Shown here: positions 19,366 through 29,416 of the stretch, piece after piece | Position numbering within the stretch: position 1 is the first letter of the stretch | Layout of the letters: each line of letters begins with the position of its first letter | Made by a program: the position numbers and the translations under genes | Notes under the pieces: generated by a model | Databases searched by the model: none | Told to the model about the DNA's origin: nothing | Seen by the model: only the letters and a program-made list of their open reading frames with translations | Assembly: GCA_965219585.1 (NCBI GenBank) | Contig: CBDCOA010000003.1 | Span: forward strand, 1,535,390 to 1,599,389 | Reading direction: 5' to 3' | Origin: Bryobacterales bacterium | GTDB taxonomy: Bacteria > Acidobacteriota > Terriglobia > Bryobacterales > UBA6623 | DNA: 64,000 nucleotides

Positions 19366-20736
19366 ATGCTCCGCCCCTGCTGGGCTCTAGCCCTCCTATC
19401 GATCACCCTCTATGGCCAAGCGCCGCCGCGACCCAATTTCGTGGTGTTCCTCTCCGACGACATGGGGTGGGAGCAAGTCGGCTTCAACGGCGGCAAGGAG
19501 GTGCCCACGCCCAACATCGACCGGATCGCGAACGAGGGCGTGAAACTGACGCAATTCTACGTCCAGCCAGTCTGTTCGCCGACTCGCGCCTGCCTGCTTA
19601 CCGGCCGGTACGCCTGGAAGAACGGCATGGAAGTCCGCCCGACCGCCGAGTCCCGCCACGGCATGCTGCTGGACGAGCGGACGATGGCGGAGGCCCTGCG
19701 CGAGGTCGGCTACCACACTTGGATGGTTGGCAAGTGGCATCTCGGGGAATGGCAGCGGCCGCACCTTCCCCTGCAGCGCGGGTTCGACCACCATTACGGA
19801 CACTACTCGGCATTGATCGACTCTTTCACGCACATGCGCGGCCCGGTCCTGGATTGGCATCGCAACGGCCGCCCCGTGGTCGAGGATGGCTATTCGACTT
19901 TCCTGTTGGCGGAAGAGGCCGAGCGGCTGATCGAGCGCCACGACGGACGTAGCCCGTTCTTCCTGTATCTGCCCTTCAACGCGGTGCATGGGCCGCACCA
20001 GGCGCCGGACGACTATCTCGAAAAGTACTCCCGCCTCGGCCGAAGAGGGCCTCAGCGCGCCCAGCTCGAGTGCATGGACCTAGCAGTGGGAAGCGTGCTC
20101 GAGGCGCTCGAGCGCAAGGGCGTGCTCGATTCCACGCTGGTGATGTTCACCAATGACAACGGCGGCACGCGGGTCACGTCGAACGGCCCCTATCGCGGCT
20201 TCAAGTCTCACTACCACGAGGGCGGCGTGCGGGTCCCGGCAACCATGCGCTGGCCGGCACAGATTCCCGCCGGATCCGTTAGCGGCGCAATGCTCCATAT
20301 CGTCGATCTGTTTCCGACGTTTGCGCAGCTCGCCGGGGCGAGGACGGATGCAGGCCTGCCGCTCGACGGCCGGGATGCCTGGGACGCCATCGCCAAGGGA
20401 GGTCCCGGGCTCCGCGAGGAGGTGGTGCATTCGCTGGAAGTGATCCGAGTCGGCGACTGGAAGTTGATCGAAGAGGGTGCCAGCTACTATGGCTGGCGGG
20501 AGCAGCCGCTGCAGTTGTTCAACATCCGCGAAGATCCCTACGAGGAGACGAATCTGGCCGACAGCCGACCGGAAACGGTGGCAGAGCTGCGAGAGCGGTT
20601 GGCACACCACCGGAAGTTCGCGCGCGAAGCGGAGGCGCTCGAGCGAATTCCGGCCTATCCGCCGGTCGTCTATGGAGAGGTTGAGAACGAGGTGTTCGGC
20701 GAACAGGTCCGAGCACAGCTGGCCGCACAGGAGTGA
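19366..20736 (+). CDS. Arylsulfatase (ARSB-like)
   Basis: PNFVVFLSDDMGW, CSPTRACLLTG, GKWHLG and FTNDNG. Confidence 0.95.
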   Translation: MLRPCWALALLSITLYGQAPPRPNFVVFLSDDMGWEQVGFNGGKEVPTPNIDRIANEGVKLTQFYVQPVCSPTRACLLTGRYAWKNGMEVRPTAESRHGMLLDERTMAEALREVGYHTWMVGKWHLGEWQRPHLPLQRGFDHHYGHYSALIDSFTHMRGPVLDWHRNGRPVVEDGYSTFLLAEEAERLIERHDGRSPFFLYLPFNAVHGPHQAPDDYLEKYSRLGRRGPQRAQLECMDLAVGSVLEALERKGVLDSTLVMFTNDNGGTRVTSNGPYRGFKSHYHEGGVRVPATMRWPAQIPAGSVSGAMLHIVDLFPTFAQLAGARTDAGLPLDGRDAWDAIAKGGPGLREEVVHSLEVIRVGDWKLIEEGASYYGWREQPLQLFNIREDPYEETNLADSRPETVAELRERLAHHRKFAREAEALERIPAYPPVVYGEVENEVFGEQVRAQLAAQE

Positions 20737-20832
20737 GGCGCGGGAATGTGCAGTCCCTCCCCTAAACCCGCTCGAGAATTCCCTCGCTGGCGCCGCAAGC
20801 AGGGTCGCGCCGACCCTTGCCCTAGGCGCTAG

Positions 20833-22314
20833 CAGCCTGTGGTTTTAATAGCTTTGCCGACCATGTCGGTCGGTGGCCTTGCTTGGTGGTCCTTCGACGG
20901 CCTATGCGAGTTTTTCGGCGAATTCCGGGCTCTCTCCCCGTCTGAGGCCCAAGAGGCCCCTGAGCAGGCCCAGCAGGCCGCTCCAAGCATCCCGGAACGG
21001 CAAACAAACGGCGAAACCAAGGCTGGCCGTTGGCTGGCAGCCCTGCCCCTGCAGTGTGCGCGGCGTGCCGACCCCGGTGAGCGACCTCATCAGCACCCCC
21101 AGGTTGAATGCACAGGCATGCACCAGCAGCCGCTTGCGAATGTTCGCCCGCCCCCGCAAGTACAGCCGGCGCATCCCGCCCGTGCCGTACATGTGGGCCA
21201 TCGACCGCTCCACCTTCTCCGTCCGCAGCTTTTGCAGGCGCTTGCCGGCCGAGCTCGCCACGCGCTCCCGGTTCTCCTGCACCACCCGTTGCGCTTCCGG
21301 CTTGCCCGCAAAATCCCGCTCCGCCCGCTGCGGCTCCGGGATGTGCGCTTCCTGGCCCGCCTCGTTCAGTCCCAGCAGCACCGCGTCGCTGTGGTAGCCC
21401 TTGTCGGCGACGACCGTCTCCGGCCCCTGCCCTTGCGCCGCCTGCACCGCCTCCAAGGTCTCCCCCAGTGTTGTGGTGTCCCCTTGGTCCGCCGCTTGCA
21501 GCGTCACTCCTAGCAACGCCCCGCTCTCCAAGTCCACCGCGTGCTCGGCCTTGTGCGCTAGGTGCGTCGTGCCGTCCTTCATCTTCGCTACCCGCGCGTC
21601 CGGGTCCGTCGGCGACTCCCACTCCTTGTTCGACAACGTCTTGGGCTTGCGCTGGCGGTCGAAGGCCGCCAATTCCGCCAAGCTCGGCGTCGGCACCCCG
21701 GCTGCCTCCGCCAGCCCCTCCACGAATTCTCGGTAGCCCTGCTGGCTGTCCTTGCGCCGCAAGGTCCGCAAGGCCGCGTTGGCGAACAGCATCGTGGCGT
21801 CCACCGCCACCGTCTGCCCGTCGGCCAGACCCGCTTGCCGCAGCTGCTGCAGCACCCAGGCGAACACCTGCTCATGCGTCTCCAGGCTAATCCGCCGCCG
21901 GCTGCGCGAGATCGTCGAGTGGTCCGGCGGGCTGTCCTGCAACTCGTAGCCGAGGAAGGCCCGCAAGCCGAGCGAGTCGGAGACGGTCAGGGCGATGCCG
22001 CGCTCGGAATCGATGCCCAGCAGGTAGCCCAGCAGCAGCAGTCGGAAGTAGACGCCGGGAGCGAGCGAGGGCCGTCCCAGGCGTTTGGCATAGAAGGGTC
22101 GGCACAGGTTCTCGACGTAGGCGTCGAAGCCCATCTCAGCGAGCAGTTGGTTGAGCTTGTCGAAGAAGGGAGTGGTGGGGGCTTGGGGCAGTTGGTCCGG
22201 TGCGAGGAACATCGGGATCTGTCCGGGTTTGCGGGTACCCATCGCCATGACTACGATTTTATCGAAGTCTGATCGGGATTTGTTGGGATTTCAGTCGACT
22301 TTTGCCACAGGCTG
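20833..22314 (-). mobile_element. IS1182/IS5-like insertion sequence (1482 bp)
   Basis: Perfect 10-bp inverted repeats CAGCCTGTGG / CCACAGGCTG, flanked by CTAG at 20829-20832 and 22315-22318. Confidence 0.85.
20902..22248 (-). CDS. DDE transposase (DUF772 + DDE_Tnp_1; IS1182/IS5-like)
   Basis: GRPSLAP...LLLLGYLLGIDSER, PDHSTISR, AVDATM, TDPDAR, VADKGY and VERSMAHM. Confidence 0.92.
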   Translation of the reverse strand: MAMGTRKPGQIPMFLAPDQLPQAPTTPFFDKLNQLLAEMGFDAYVENLCRPFYAKRLGRPSLAPGVYFRLLLLGYLLGIDSERGIALTVSDSLGLRAFLGYELQDSPPDHSTISRSRRRISLETHEQVFAWVLQQLRQAGLADGQTVAVDATMLFANAALRTLRRKDSQQGYREFVEGLAEAAGVPTPSLAELAAFDRQRKPKTLSNKEWESPTDPDARVAKMKDGTTHLAHKAEHAVDLESGALLGVTLQAADQGDTTTLGETLEAVQAAQGQGPETVVADKGYHSDAVLLGLNEAGQEAHIPEPQRAERDFAGKPEAQRVVQENRERVASSAGKRLQKLRTEKVERSMAHMYGTGGMRRLYLRGRANIRKRLLVHACAFNLGVLMRSLTGVGTPRTLQGQGCQPTASLGFAVCLPFRDAWSGLLGLLRGLLGLRRGESPEFAEKLA

Positions 22315-23264
22315 CTAGGCTTCTGCTTGGATGTCAGCACTAGCGCGCCCCAGAGCTTAACTCTGGGAGCGGCTCCCCGCCGCACTGTCTTGCCCGCCCA
22401 CCAAGTCTCGTGATGGAGCAGGCCGTCGGGGGACTTCTCGGCCTCGTCGACATCGCCGATCGCAAGATTGAAGCCGATCGGCGTATCGGGCATCCCGTCA
22501 GTCCAGTACTCGCCCTCGCGGATCTCCATTCCTCCGTCCAATCGAATCCTCACCTCTACGGTGTAGCGGTTGTCGGGACCGTGAATCACGGTCCGGGTCT
22601 CGATGATGTCATCGAGAATCCATCTTTTGTTGTTCTCCCAGTTCTCGACGGTGCGGTTCGGACCGTGGGGCAGCATCCCCGGCACGCCGACGCCGCCTTC
22701 GAGAGACTTGGTGAGGTTGTAGATGATCTGGATCCCGCGGCCATCGCCGGTCACGTCCGAGACGGGCTCCCCAATCTCCAACATCCGGCTGAAGGTCAGG
22801 ATCTCGATCATGTCGCCGAACCAAGGACGGCCTCGCTCCCGATCGCCGATCACGTGCGCAAACTCGTCCTGATCTGGAAGCCATCGCTCGGTTTCGATCC
22901 CGTAGAAAATGTCGTCCGTGATATCGAATGCGAGGTACAAGTGCTCCCCGTCATGCTTGACCCAGCCGTTGAAGTCGAGATCCTGCCTGGACGCGATGTC
23001 CTGCTTCATAGCCTCGATCCAGTCGGCATTCCATTCGAACGGCGTGGCATCGTCGTATTCCCCCTGGCCGATCTGCCCGTCGAATTCGGGCGTCGCGCCC
23101 TTGAAGCACACCATCCGCCGGTCGAGGCTTACCAGCGCATTGGCTGCCGCTTGCCGAACTTCGGCCGATTCCAGCACGCTCTCCGGCCGAGTCTCGCCGC
23201 ATCCAGCCATGGACAAGATGAACAGGCCTCCGATGACGGCGGCGGCGCCGCTTCGTAGAACCAT
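22251..23264 (-). CDS. Lipoprotein with a possible CBM9/DOMON-like sugar-binding domain; C-terminus extended by the IS
   Basis: Lipobox-like MAGC, with HDGEHLYLAFDITDD, YTVEVRI and IGFNLAIGDVD resembling CBM9-like folds. Confidence 0.55.
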   Translation of the reverse strand: MVLRSGAAAVIGGLFILSMAGCGETRPESVLESAEVRQAAANALVSLDRRMVCFKGATPEFDGQIGQGEYDDATPFEWNADWIEAMKQDIASRQDLDFNGWVKHDGEHLYLAFDITDDIFYGIETERWLPDQDEFAHVIGDRERGRPWFGDMIEILTFSRMLEIGEPVSDVTGDGRGIQIIYNLTKSLEGGVGVPGMLPHGPNRTVENWENNKRWILDDIIETRTVIHGPDNRYTVEVRIRLDGGMEIREGEYWTDGMPDTPIGFNLAIGDVDEAEKSPDGLLHHETWWAGKTVRRGAAPRVKLWGALVLTSKQKPSSLWQKSTEIPTNPDQTSIKS

Positions 23265-23392
23265 CGCTTTACCCTTCGCTTCCATCATGTACGCGCTCTT
23301 CCCGACGCCGTGCATCGCTCCAGTGGGCCGGAGGGACACCGCCTTCGGCGGGCAGATGTTGAACCCGCTGGCTTGCGGTGCTGGGCTTGAGA

Positions 23393-23833
23393 TCACGGTA
23401 CCTTCCTTGCCGAGCCCTGCCGTGCCACAGCGTCAGCCCCTTGCTCGTTTGGCACGGTCGGCAGCCTCGCCACGAACCACATTCCATACGCTCCGGCCGC
23501 CGCGATCACGGCACGCCCCGCCCAGGGCAGCCCGCCGGTGGCGATCGAAAAGCAGATCATCAGCGAGCAACATGTTATCGAAATCCACTTGGTCCTTCGC
23601 TTGACACCTCTATGGCGCTGCCAGTCCCGCAGAGTGGGACCGAAGAGCTTCGACCGGAGCAAACGCTGATGCAGTGCGGGAGAGGAGCGGACGAAGAAGT
23701 AGCTCGCCAGCAGCAGGAACGGCGTGGTCGGAATCCCCGGCAATACAACGCCCACCAAGCCAAGGGCCACGAAGACGCCACCCAAAGCTACGAAAAGCCA
23801 GCGCCACAAGCCCGCCACCTGCGCGACGGGCAC
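23393..23833 (-). CDS. YbaN/DUF454 family inner-membrane protein (start uncertain)
   Basis: LGLVGVVLPGIPTTPFLLLA...RSSP...FGPTLRDWQ motif. Confidence 0.88.
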   Translation of the reverse strand: MPVAQVAGLWRWLFVALGGVFVALGLVGVVLPGIPTTPFLLLASYFFVRSSPALHQRLLRSKLFGPTLRDWQRHRGVKRRTKWISITCCSLMICFSIATGGLPWAGRAVIAAAGAYGMWFVARLPTVPNEQGADAVARQGSARKVP

Positions 23834-24061
23834 ATCATCTCGGAGCGAGTGCTGGCTGGCGGCACTTGCTGAGACTGAGGACTGTGCGGGAGTCGGCTGT
23901 GCGTCTGTTGCCCGGGGATTCTGCACAGGCAAACTCAGTCATTAGCATAGTGTGGCCCTGCTTCAGTCACGCTGGGCTCCGTCGCAGCCGAGGTCGGTAT
24001 TATAGCCGTCAACATGACTCCTCCTCTAGTAGTGGCCCGCGGCCAAGGCAAGCACTCGGTA

Positions 24062-25525
24062 ATGCTCCCCGCTCTGGCAGCGATCTGTTCCATGCTGCTG
24101 TGCCCTGCAGACGCCTTCGCCCAAGCGGCCCGGGCCAGCGGCCCGAATGTCCTCTTCATCGGGGTTGACGACCTCAACGATTGGATCGGCCCGCTGGGCG
24201 GCCATTCCCAGTCGATCACGCCCAACATGGACAAGCTGGCACAGCGCGGCGTCACCTTTACGCGCGCGTACTGCCAAGCGCCTTCTTGCAATCCGTCCAG
24301 AACAAGCTTGATGACAGGCCTCAGGCCGTCGACCTCCGGCGTTTACAACAACACCGATGTGTGGCGCAAGGCCGTGCCGGACGCGGTCACGCTGCCGCAG
24401 CACTTCATGCTGCACGGCTACGAGGTGCTTGGCGGCGGCAAGACCTTCCACGGTCCGCAGAACGAGGCCGCTTCGTGGGAAGCGTACTACCAGTTCAAGG
24501 GCTTCCTGCATCCGCCCGGCAAGCCGGTGAACGGCATTCCCAGGACCGGCCACTTCGACTGGAGCGGGCTCTCGGCAAGAGCTTCCGAGACCGAAGACAC
24601 GCGCTTGGCTGCGTGGGCGGAGCGCTACCTGGGCGAGGAGCATTCGCGGCCGTTCTTTCTGGCAGTCGGCTTTTACCGGCCGCACCTGCCCTGGTACGTC
24701 CCGCAAGAGCACTTCGACCGCTTTCCTCCCGCGCGCGTAGAGCTGCCGCCGACATTGGAGGGGGACATCGACGATGTCCCCGAGTCCTCGCTGCGGAGCT
24801 TCCGCGACCACGACAATGTAACCAAGCACAGGCAGTGGCGCAAGGCGGTGGCGGGCTACCTGGCCTGCATCAACTACGCCGACGCCAATGTCGGTCGAGT
24901 GCTTGCGGCGCTGGAAGACGGCCCGCACGCCGACAACACGATCATCGTGCTGTGGAGCGACCACGGCTGGCAGCTCGGGGAGAAGCAGCAGTGGCGCAAG
25001 TTCACTCTCTGGGAACGGTCGGCACGCGTGGTGATGATGCTGGCCGGGCCGGGAGTGGGAGCGGTTGGTCGCAACAGCGGGCGGACTGTGGAGCTCTTGG
25101 ATCTCTACCCTACTCTTGTCGATCTCTGCGGCCTGCCCGAACGCCCAGAGCTCGACGGCCGCAGTTTGCGCCCGCTGCTGGATGACCCCGACGCCAAGTG
25201 GGACAAGCCGGCGATCACTAGCCTGAGCCCCGACAGGGTCTCGGTACGCACCGAGCGCTGGCGCTATTCGCGGTACGCGGACGGCGAAGAACTGTATGAT
25301 CACGACGCCGATCCTTACGAGTGGAACAACCTGGCGGCCAAACCCGGGCACGACGAGGTGAAGGCATCGCTCGCCCGCCTGCTGCCCAAGCATCCCAGCC
25401 GCAAGGAGACCATGCGATACCCCGACCTTCCCGAAGCCGAGCGTCGCTTGGTGGAGGTGCCTGAGGGCCGATTCCGCAAGTCCGACCCATCCAACTACGT
25501 TCCATTGAAGGAGACAGTGGACTAG
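24062..25525 (+). CDS. Sulfatase (iduronate-2-sulfatase/choline-sulfatase-like)
   Basis: PNVLFIGVDDLNDW, CNPSRTSLMTG, GFYRPHLPW and WSDHGW. Confidence 0.95.
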   Translation: MLPALAAICSMLLCPADAFAQAARASGPNVLFIGVDDLNDWIGPLGGHSQSITPNMDKLAQRGVTFTRAYCQAPSCNPSRTSLMTGLRPSTSGVYNNTDVWRKAVPDAVTLPQHFMLHGYEVLGGGKTFHGPQNEAASWEAYYQFKGFLHPPGKPVNGIPRTGHFDWSGLSARASETEDTRLAAWAERYLGEEHSRPFFLAVGFYRPHLPWYVPQEHFDRFPPARVELPPTLEGDIDDVPESSLRSFRDHDNVTKHRQWRKAVAGYLACINYADANVGRVLAALEDGPHADNTIIVLWSDHGWQLGEKQQWRKFTLWERSARVVMMLAGPGVGAVGRNSGRTVELLDLYPTLVDLCGLPERPELDGRSLRPLLDDPDAKWDKPAITSLSPDRVSVRTERWRYSRYADGEELYDHDADPYEWNNLAAKPGHDEVKASLARLLPKHPSRKETMRYPDLPEAERRLVEVPEGRFRKSDPSNYVPLKETVD

Positions 25526-25597
25526 CGGGACTATAATCGGAGCAACCCGGGCCCTCGGACCGCTGTGAGCGTGGCCCAAAGGCCCAAGGAGGCCACA

Positions 25598-26392
25598 ATG
25601 TTTGTTACCAGGCGAGAGCTGATCGCGCTCGCATCCGCGCTGCCGGCCTTGGCGAAGCTCGAGATCCGCAGCGCCAAGGTCACGACCATGTTCGACACTC
25701 CAGGGCCCAAGCCGAATGGCCTGCAGGCCACCGAAGAGGGCCTGTGGGTCTTGGATCAGGGGGATAACCGCGCCTACTTGGTCGACTACAGCGACGGCAA
25801 GGTTCTCCGGCAGCTTGAGACCGAGACCAAGGCGGGCAGCGGGATCACATTCGATGGCGGAGCTCTGTGGACAGCTTCCACCTACAGCCGCGAAATCTTG
25901 AAGATCGACCCGAACACCGGTCGTACCTTGGCGCGTTTCGACTCTCCGGGCTCGGGTGTGGTGGGCTGGACCCAAGCCCGCCGCAGCCCGCTGGCACCGC
26001 CGCCTAGGACGACGGCGGCACCCGCTCGCCCGCCAACTCAGAGGAACGCGACAGGAGCGCACGGCATGGAATGGCGCGCGGGCAAGCTATGGGTGTCCGT
26101 CCCGCCCTCCCAGATGATTTACAGGATTGATCCGGAGCGATTCAAAGTAGAAAAGCAATTCCCCACCGCCGGCGACCGCCCTCACGGGCTCGGCTGGGAG
26201 GGCAAGTGGCTTTGGTGCGCCGAAACGAACGACAACGCCTTTTACCGCTTCGACCCCGAGACGGGCGAGACCAGCGCCAAGATCCAGCTGCAGGACAGCG
26301 ACCCCCTCCCGCACGGGATGACGATTCGCGATGGCTGGATGTGGTATTGCGACGATGTAGGAGTCGTCTGCCGCCTCAGCCTGAAAGCCTGA
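25598..26392 (+). CDS. Tat-exported beta-propeller protein (glutaminyl cyclase/Vgb-like repeats)
   Basis: SD AAGGAGG and twin-arginine TRRELIALA. Repeats PNGLQ, SGITFDG, HGMEW, PHGLGWEG and PHGMT. Confidence 0.65.
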   Translation: MFVTRRELIALASALPALAKLEIRSAKVTTMFDTPGPKPNGLQATEEGLWVLDQGDNRAYLVDYSDGKVLRQLETETKAGSGITFDGGALWTASTYSREILKIDPNTGRTLARFDSPGSGVVGWTQARRSPLAPPPRTTAAPARPPTQRNATGAHGMEWRAGKLWVSVPPSQMIYRIDPERFKVEKQFPTAGDRPHGLGWEGKWLWCAETNDNAFYRFDPETGETSAKIQLQDSDPLPHGMTIRDGWMWYCDDVGVVCRLSLKA

Positions 26393-26453
26393 GCGATTTA
26401 CAAGCTCGCCCGCTTGAGGCCAGTCAGCGAACCTCCTCGGGTCCGATCGCCGC

Positions 26454-27713
26454 ATGAACCAGCTGCTCATCCAGAAGCTGCTTGACTCCGGATTATCGGA
26501 GGGGGCAGCGCACGTCACAGCCGACTCGTTGGAAGTCCTGCTGATCGGGTGCATCGCCTGGCTCGGGCGCTTCATCTGCCTGAAGGTGATCGTGCGGGCG
26601 GTGCGCAAGGCCGCATCGAAGACCGAGTCCACCTGGGACGACCGGCTGGTCGAGCGACGGGTCTTCGCGCAACTCTCACACCTGGTCCCCGCCCTGATCA
26701 TCTACCTCCTCGGGCCGCAGGTGCTGATCTCGCCCGCGTTCTCGCTCTGGGTCACGCGCGGCGCAGAACTGTACGCGCTGGCGGCGCTGCTGACGGCCGC
26801 GATTCGTGTCTTGACGGTGGGACGGGAAATCTACGAGGAGGAGTTCGAGATCGCGCGCCGCTTCCCGATCCGGGTGTACGTGCAAGTGCTCAAGATCGTG
26901 CTCTGCGTCGGCGCGATCATCCTCGGCGTCTCGATCGTGACGGGCAATTCCCCCTTGCTGTTGCTGAGCGGCCTTGGCGCCATGATGGCGGTCATACTGC
27001 TCGTCTCGAAGGACAGCCTGCAAGGGCTGGTCGCGGGCATCCAGCTGGTGAGCAACGACATGGTCCGCCCCGGCGACTGGCTGGAGATCCCGCAGCACGG
27101 AGCTGACGGCGATGTTGTCGAGATCACGCTGCACACCGTCAAGGTGCAGAACTGGGACAAGACCATCTCCATGGTGCCGACCTACGCCCTGATCTCGGAG
27201 GGCTTCAAGAACTGGCGCGGCATGGCGGAGTCCGACGGGCGTCGGGTCAAGCGCTCGATCTTTCTCGACGTGTCGAGCGTGCGGTTCTGCCCGCCGGAGA
27301 TGATCGAGCACTTCAAGAGCATCGAGATCCTGCGCGACTACGTGGAACGCAAGGAGGCGGAACTCGCCGAGCACAATCGAACCCGCGGGATCAACGAAGC
27401 CGTCGAGGTGAACGGGCGCAGGATGACAAACGTCGGCGTGTTTCGGAACTATCTGGCGGCCTATCTGTCAGCCCATCCGATGGTGAACTCGGACATGACT
27501 CTGATCGTGCGCCAGCTGCAGCCCACGCCGCAAGGGCTGCCCTTGGAAGTCTACGCGTTTATCTTGGACAAGCGCTGGGCGGAGTACGAAGCGATCCAGT
27601 CCGACATCTTCGACCACATCTTCGCGGCATTGCCGCAATTCGGACTGCGAGCCTTCCAGTCGCCCAGCGGCGAGGACGTCGCCAAGGCCGTCGAGGCCGT
27701 GGCGGAAGCTTGA
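26454..27713 (+). CDS. Miniconductance mechanosensitive channel (YbdG/MscM-like)
   Basis: GDWLEIPQHGADGDVVEITLHTVKVQNWDKTI, FKNWRGM, GRRVKRSI and IQSDIFDH. Confidence 0.92.
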   Translation: MNQLLIQKLLDSGLSEGAAHVTADSLEVLLIGCIAWLGRFICLKVIVRAVRKAASKTESTWDDRLVERRVFAQLSHLVPALIIYLLGPQVLISPAFSLWVTRGAELYALAALLTAAIRVLTVGREIYEEEFEIARRFPIRVYVQVLKIVLCVGAIILGVSIVTGNSPLLLLSGLGAMMAVILLVSKDSLQGLVAGIQLVSNDMVRPGDWLEIPQHGADGDVVEITLHTVKVQNWDKTISMVPTYALISEGFKNWRGMAESDGRRVKRSIFLDVSSVRFCPPEMIEHFKSIEILRDYVERKEAELAEHNRTRGINEAVEVNGRRMTNVGVFRNYLAAYLSAHPMVNSDMTLIVRQLQPTPQGLPLEVYAFILDKRWAEYEAIQSDIFDHIFAALPQFGLRAFQSPSGEDVAKAVEAVAEA

Positions 27714-27729
27714 ATTCCGTTCCGCCCAG

Positions 27730-28929
27730 CTAGCGGAAGTCGGCCGGCACTACGGCCCGCTGCTGCCAATACTCGGGAGGATGGTTGTTGAACCGCGTGG
27801 GGCTGTACTCGCCGACGAGTTCAGACGCCACGCCGCCCTCCGGAATTGCGGACTCTTCCCCCAGAGCCCACAACACCGCATTGAGCAGCATCTTGCGGAC
27901 GCCCGCCTCGAGTAGATCGGTTGACGTTCCCAGCGTGGTAGAAAACGCCCGGCCCTGCGGCCCCCCCGGAAGTTGGTAGCTCTTGGTCCAAGCGACCGGC
28001 ATCATGGGGTCGTTCTTGGCCTCGACCGGCTGGCTATCGCTGGGCCGCATTCCGTAGAGCGCGTCCTCCTCGTCATACTCCCCGGCGCGGGCCATCACGC
28101 TGCCGTAAACCAGCGGCATCGAATCGCCGGGCAGCGGCAGGCGGACCGTGTACACGTCAGCCGCGCTCCAGACCGAGTCCGGGTCGACACCCCTCAGGAT
28201 CGGGTGGTCCGCCGCATCGGCGGCGATGACGCCCTTGGCGGATTCGTGCTTGTGCCTGCCATGGTGGGCCACCCAGCGCTCGCCGACCACCAGCCTTCCG
28301 AAGCCGTCGCGCCATTCCTGCATCGGGCCGGTGTAGCCGTCCCCGTAGTGGTCGAACGGGCCCCATTCCTCGGCCGGGATGTCGGGCAGGGCAACAGAGT
28401 CGGGGTCTTCCGCTCGGCGGGCAGCGCGCAGGTAGCCCAAGATCTGCTTGTGCAGCTCCGGCTGGGGCGCGAAGGCGTGCGTGGCCGTGCGCAGCGCGAT
28501 CACCGGCTTGCCAGCCATCAGGAAACGGTCGATCGGCTCCATCTGCGCTGCGGGCAGGACGCGCCAGCGGGTCTGAATGAACATCAGGTCCGCGTCGTCC
28601 AGACGCTCGGTGCCGGGGATGTTGGTGTTGACGTGGGGATTGACGATGCCCGTTTCGGGATCGACCGCGAAGAGCACCGTGCAACGGAAGCCGTGGTGCT
28701 GCGACAGCATGCGGGCCAGTTGCGGAAGGCCTTCCTCGGACCGATACTCCTCGTCGCCGCCAACCAGCACGATGTGCCGGCCCTGACCGGCCCCTTCCCC
28801 GCCCTCGTACTCCACGAGGTACGGAGGAGTCTCTTGCGGAGCGGACTCGCTTGACGCGGAGTCGCCGCCGCCGCAAGCCCAGAGGACGGCAAGGCAGAGC
28901 GACGCATGGATGTACTTGTGACTCGACAT
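27730..28929 (-). CDS. ThuA-like domain lipoprotein
   Basis: Lipobox LWAC, with GDEEYRSEEGLPQLA, ALRTATHAF and MPVAWTK. Confidence 0.75.
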   Translation of the reverse strand: MSSHKYIHASLCLAVLWACGGGDSASSESAPQETPPYLVEYEGGEGAGQGRHIVLVGGDEEYRSEEGLPQLARMLSQHHGFRCTVLFAVDPETGIVNPHVNTNIPGTERLDDADLMFIQTRWRVLPAAQMEPIDRFLMAGKPVIALRTATHAFAPQPELHKQILGYLRAARRAEDPDSVALPDIPAEEWGPFDHYGDGYTGPMQEWRDGFGRLVVGERWVAHHGRHKHESAKGVIAADAADHPILRGVDPDSVWSAADVYTVRLPLPGDSMPLVYGSVMARAGEYDEEDALYGMRPSDSQPVEAKNDPMMPVAWTKSYQLPGGPQGRAFSTTLGTSTDLLEAGVRKMLLNAVLWALGEESAIPEGGVASELVGEYSPTRFNNHPPEYWQQRAVVPADFR

Positions 28930-29004
28930 GATCTAGCTTGTAAGTTTATCCCAAGAGCCAGCGGTGACCGCCGTGCCCGCTGGCAATCCCGCGACTTTCT
29001 CGCG

Positions 29005-29412
29005 CTAGCGCGTGAGCGGAAAGTACGGCCGGTAGCGTTCCGGCAACCGGATCATCTTGCCTCCTGAGTCGGTGACAATGTGGAGCGTCTCGCCACAGGC
29101 GAGCAATTCACCGTCCCGCAGCATCTCGTAGGCGAAGCGCACGCTACGCGACCTGCTCTCGGTCACCCAGCAGACCAGGTCGACTTCGTCGTCGAACCGA
29201 GCAGGGGCGCGGTACTGGCAGCGCGCCTCGGCCACCGAGAGAAACGCGCCGTCGTTGCGCTCCATGTCGCGGTACTCGAACCCGGCGTGCCGGCAATACG
29301 CGACGCGCGCAACTTCCATCCAAACCAAGTAGTTGGCGTAGTACGCCACGCCCATCTGGTCGGTCTCGGCGTAACGCACCCGGATCTTGGTGCGGGACTT
29401 GCCGCCCGTCAT
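29005..29412 (-). CDS. Acyl-CoA thioesterase (YbgC/FadM hotdog family)
   Basis: RVRYAETDQMGVAYYANYLVWMEVAR motif. Confidence 0.92.
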   Translation of the reverse strand: MTGGKSRTKIRVRYAETDQMGVAYYANYLVWMEVARVAYCRHAGFEYRDMERNDGAFLSVAEARCQYRAPARFDDEVDLVCWVTESRSRSVRFAYEMLRDGELLACGETLHIVTDSGGKMIRLPERYRPYFPLTR

Positions 29413-29416
29413 GAAG

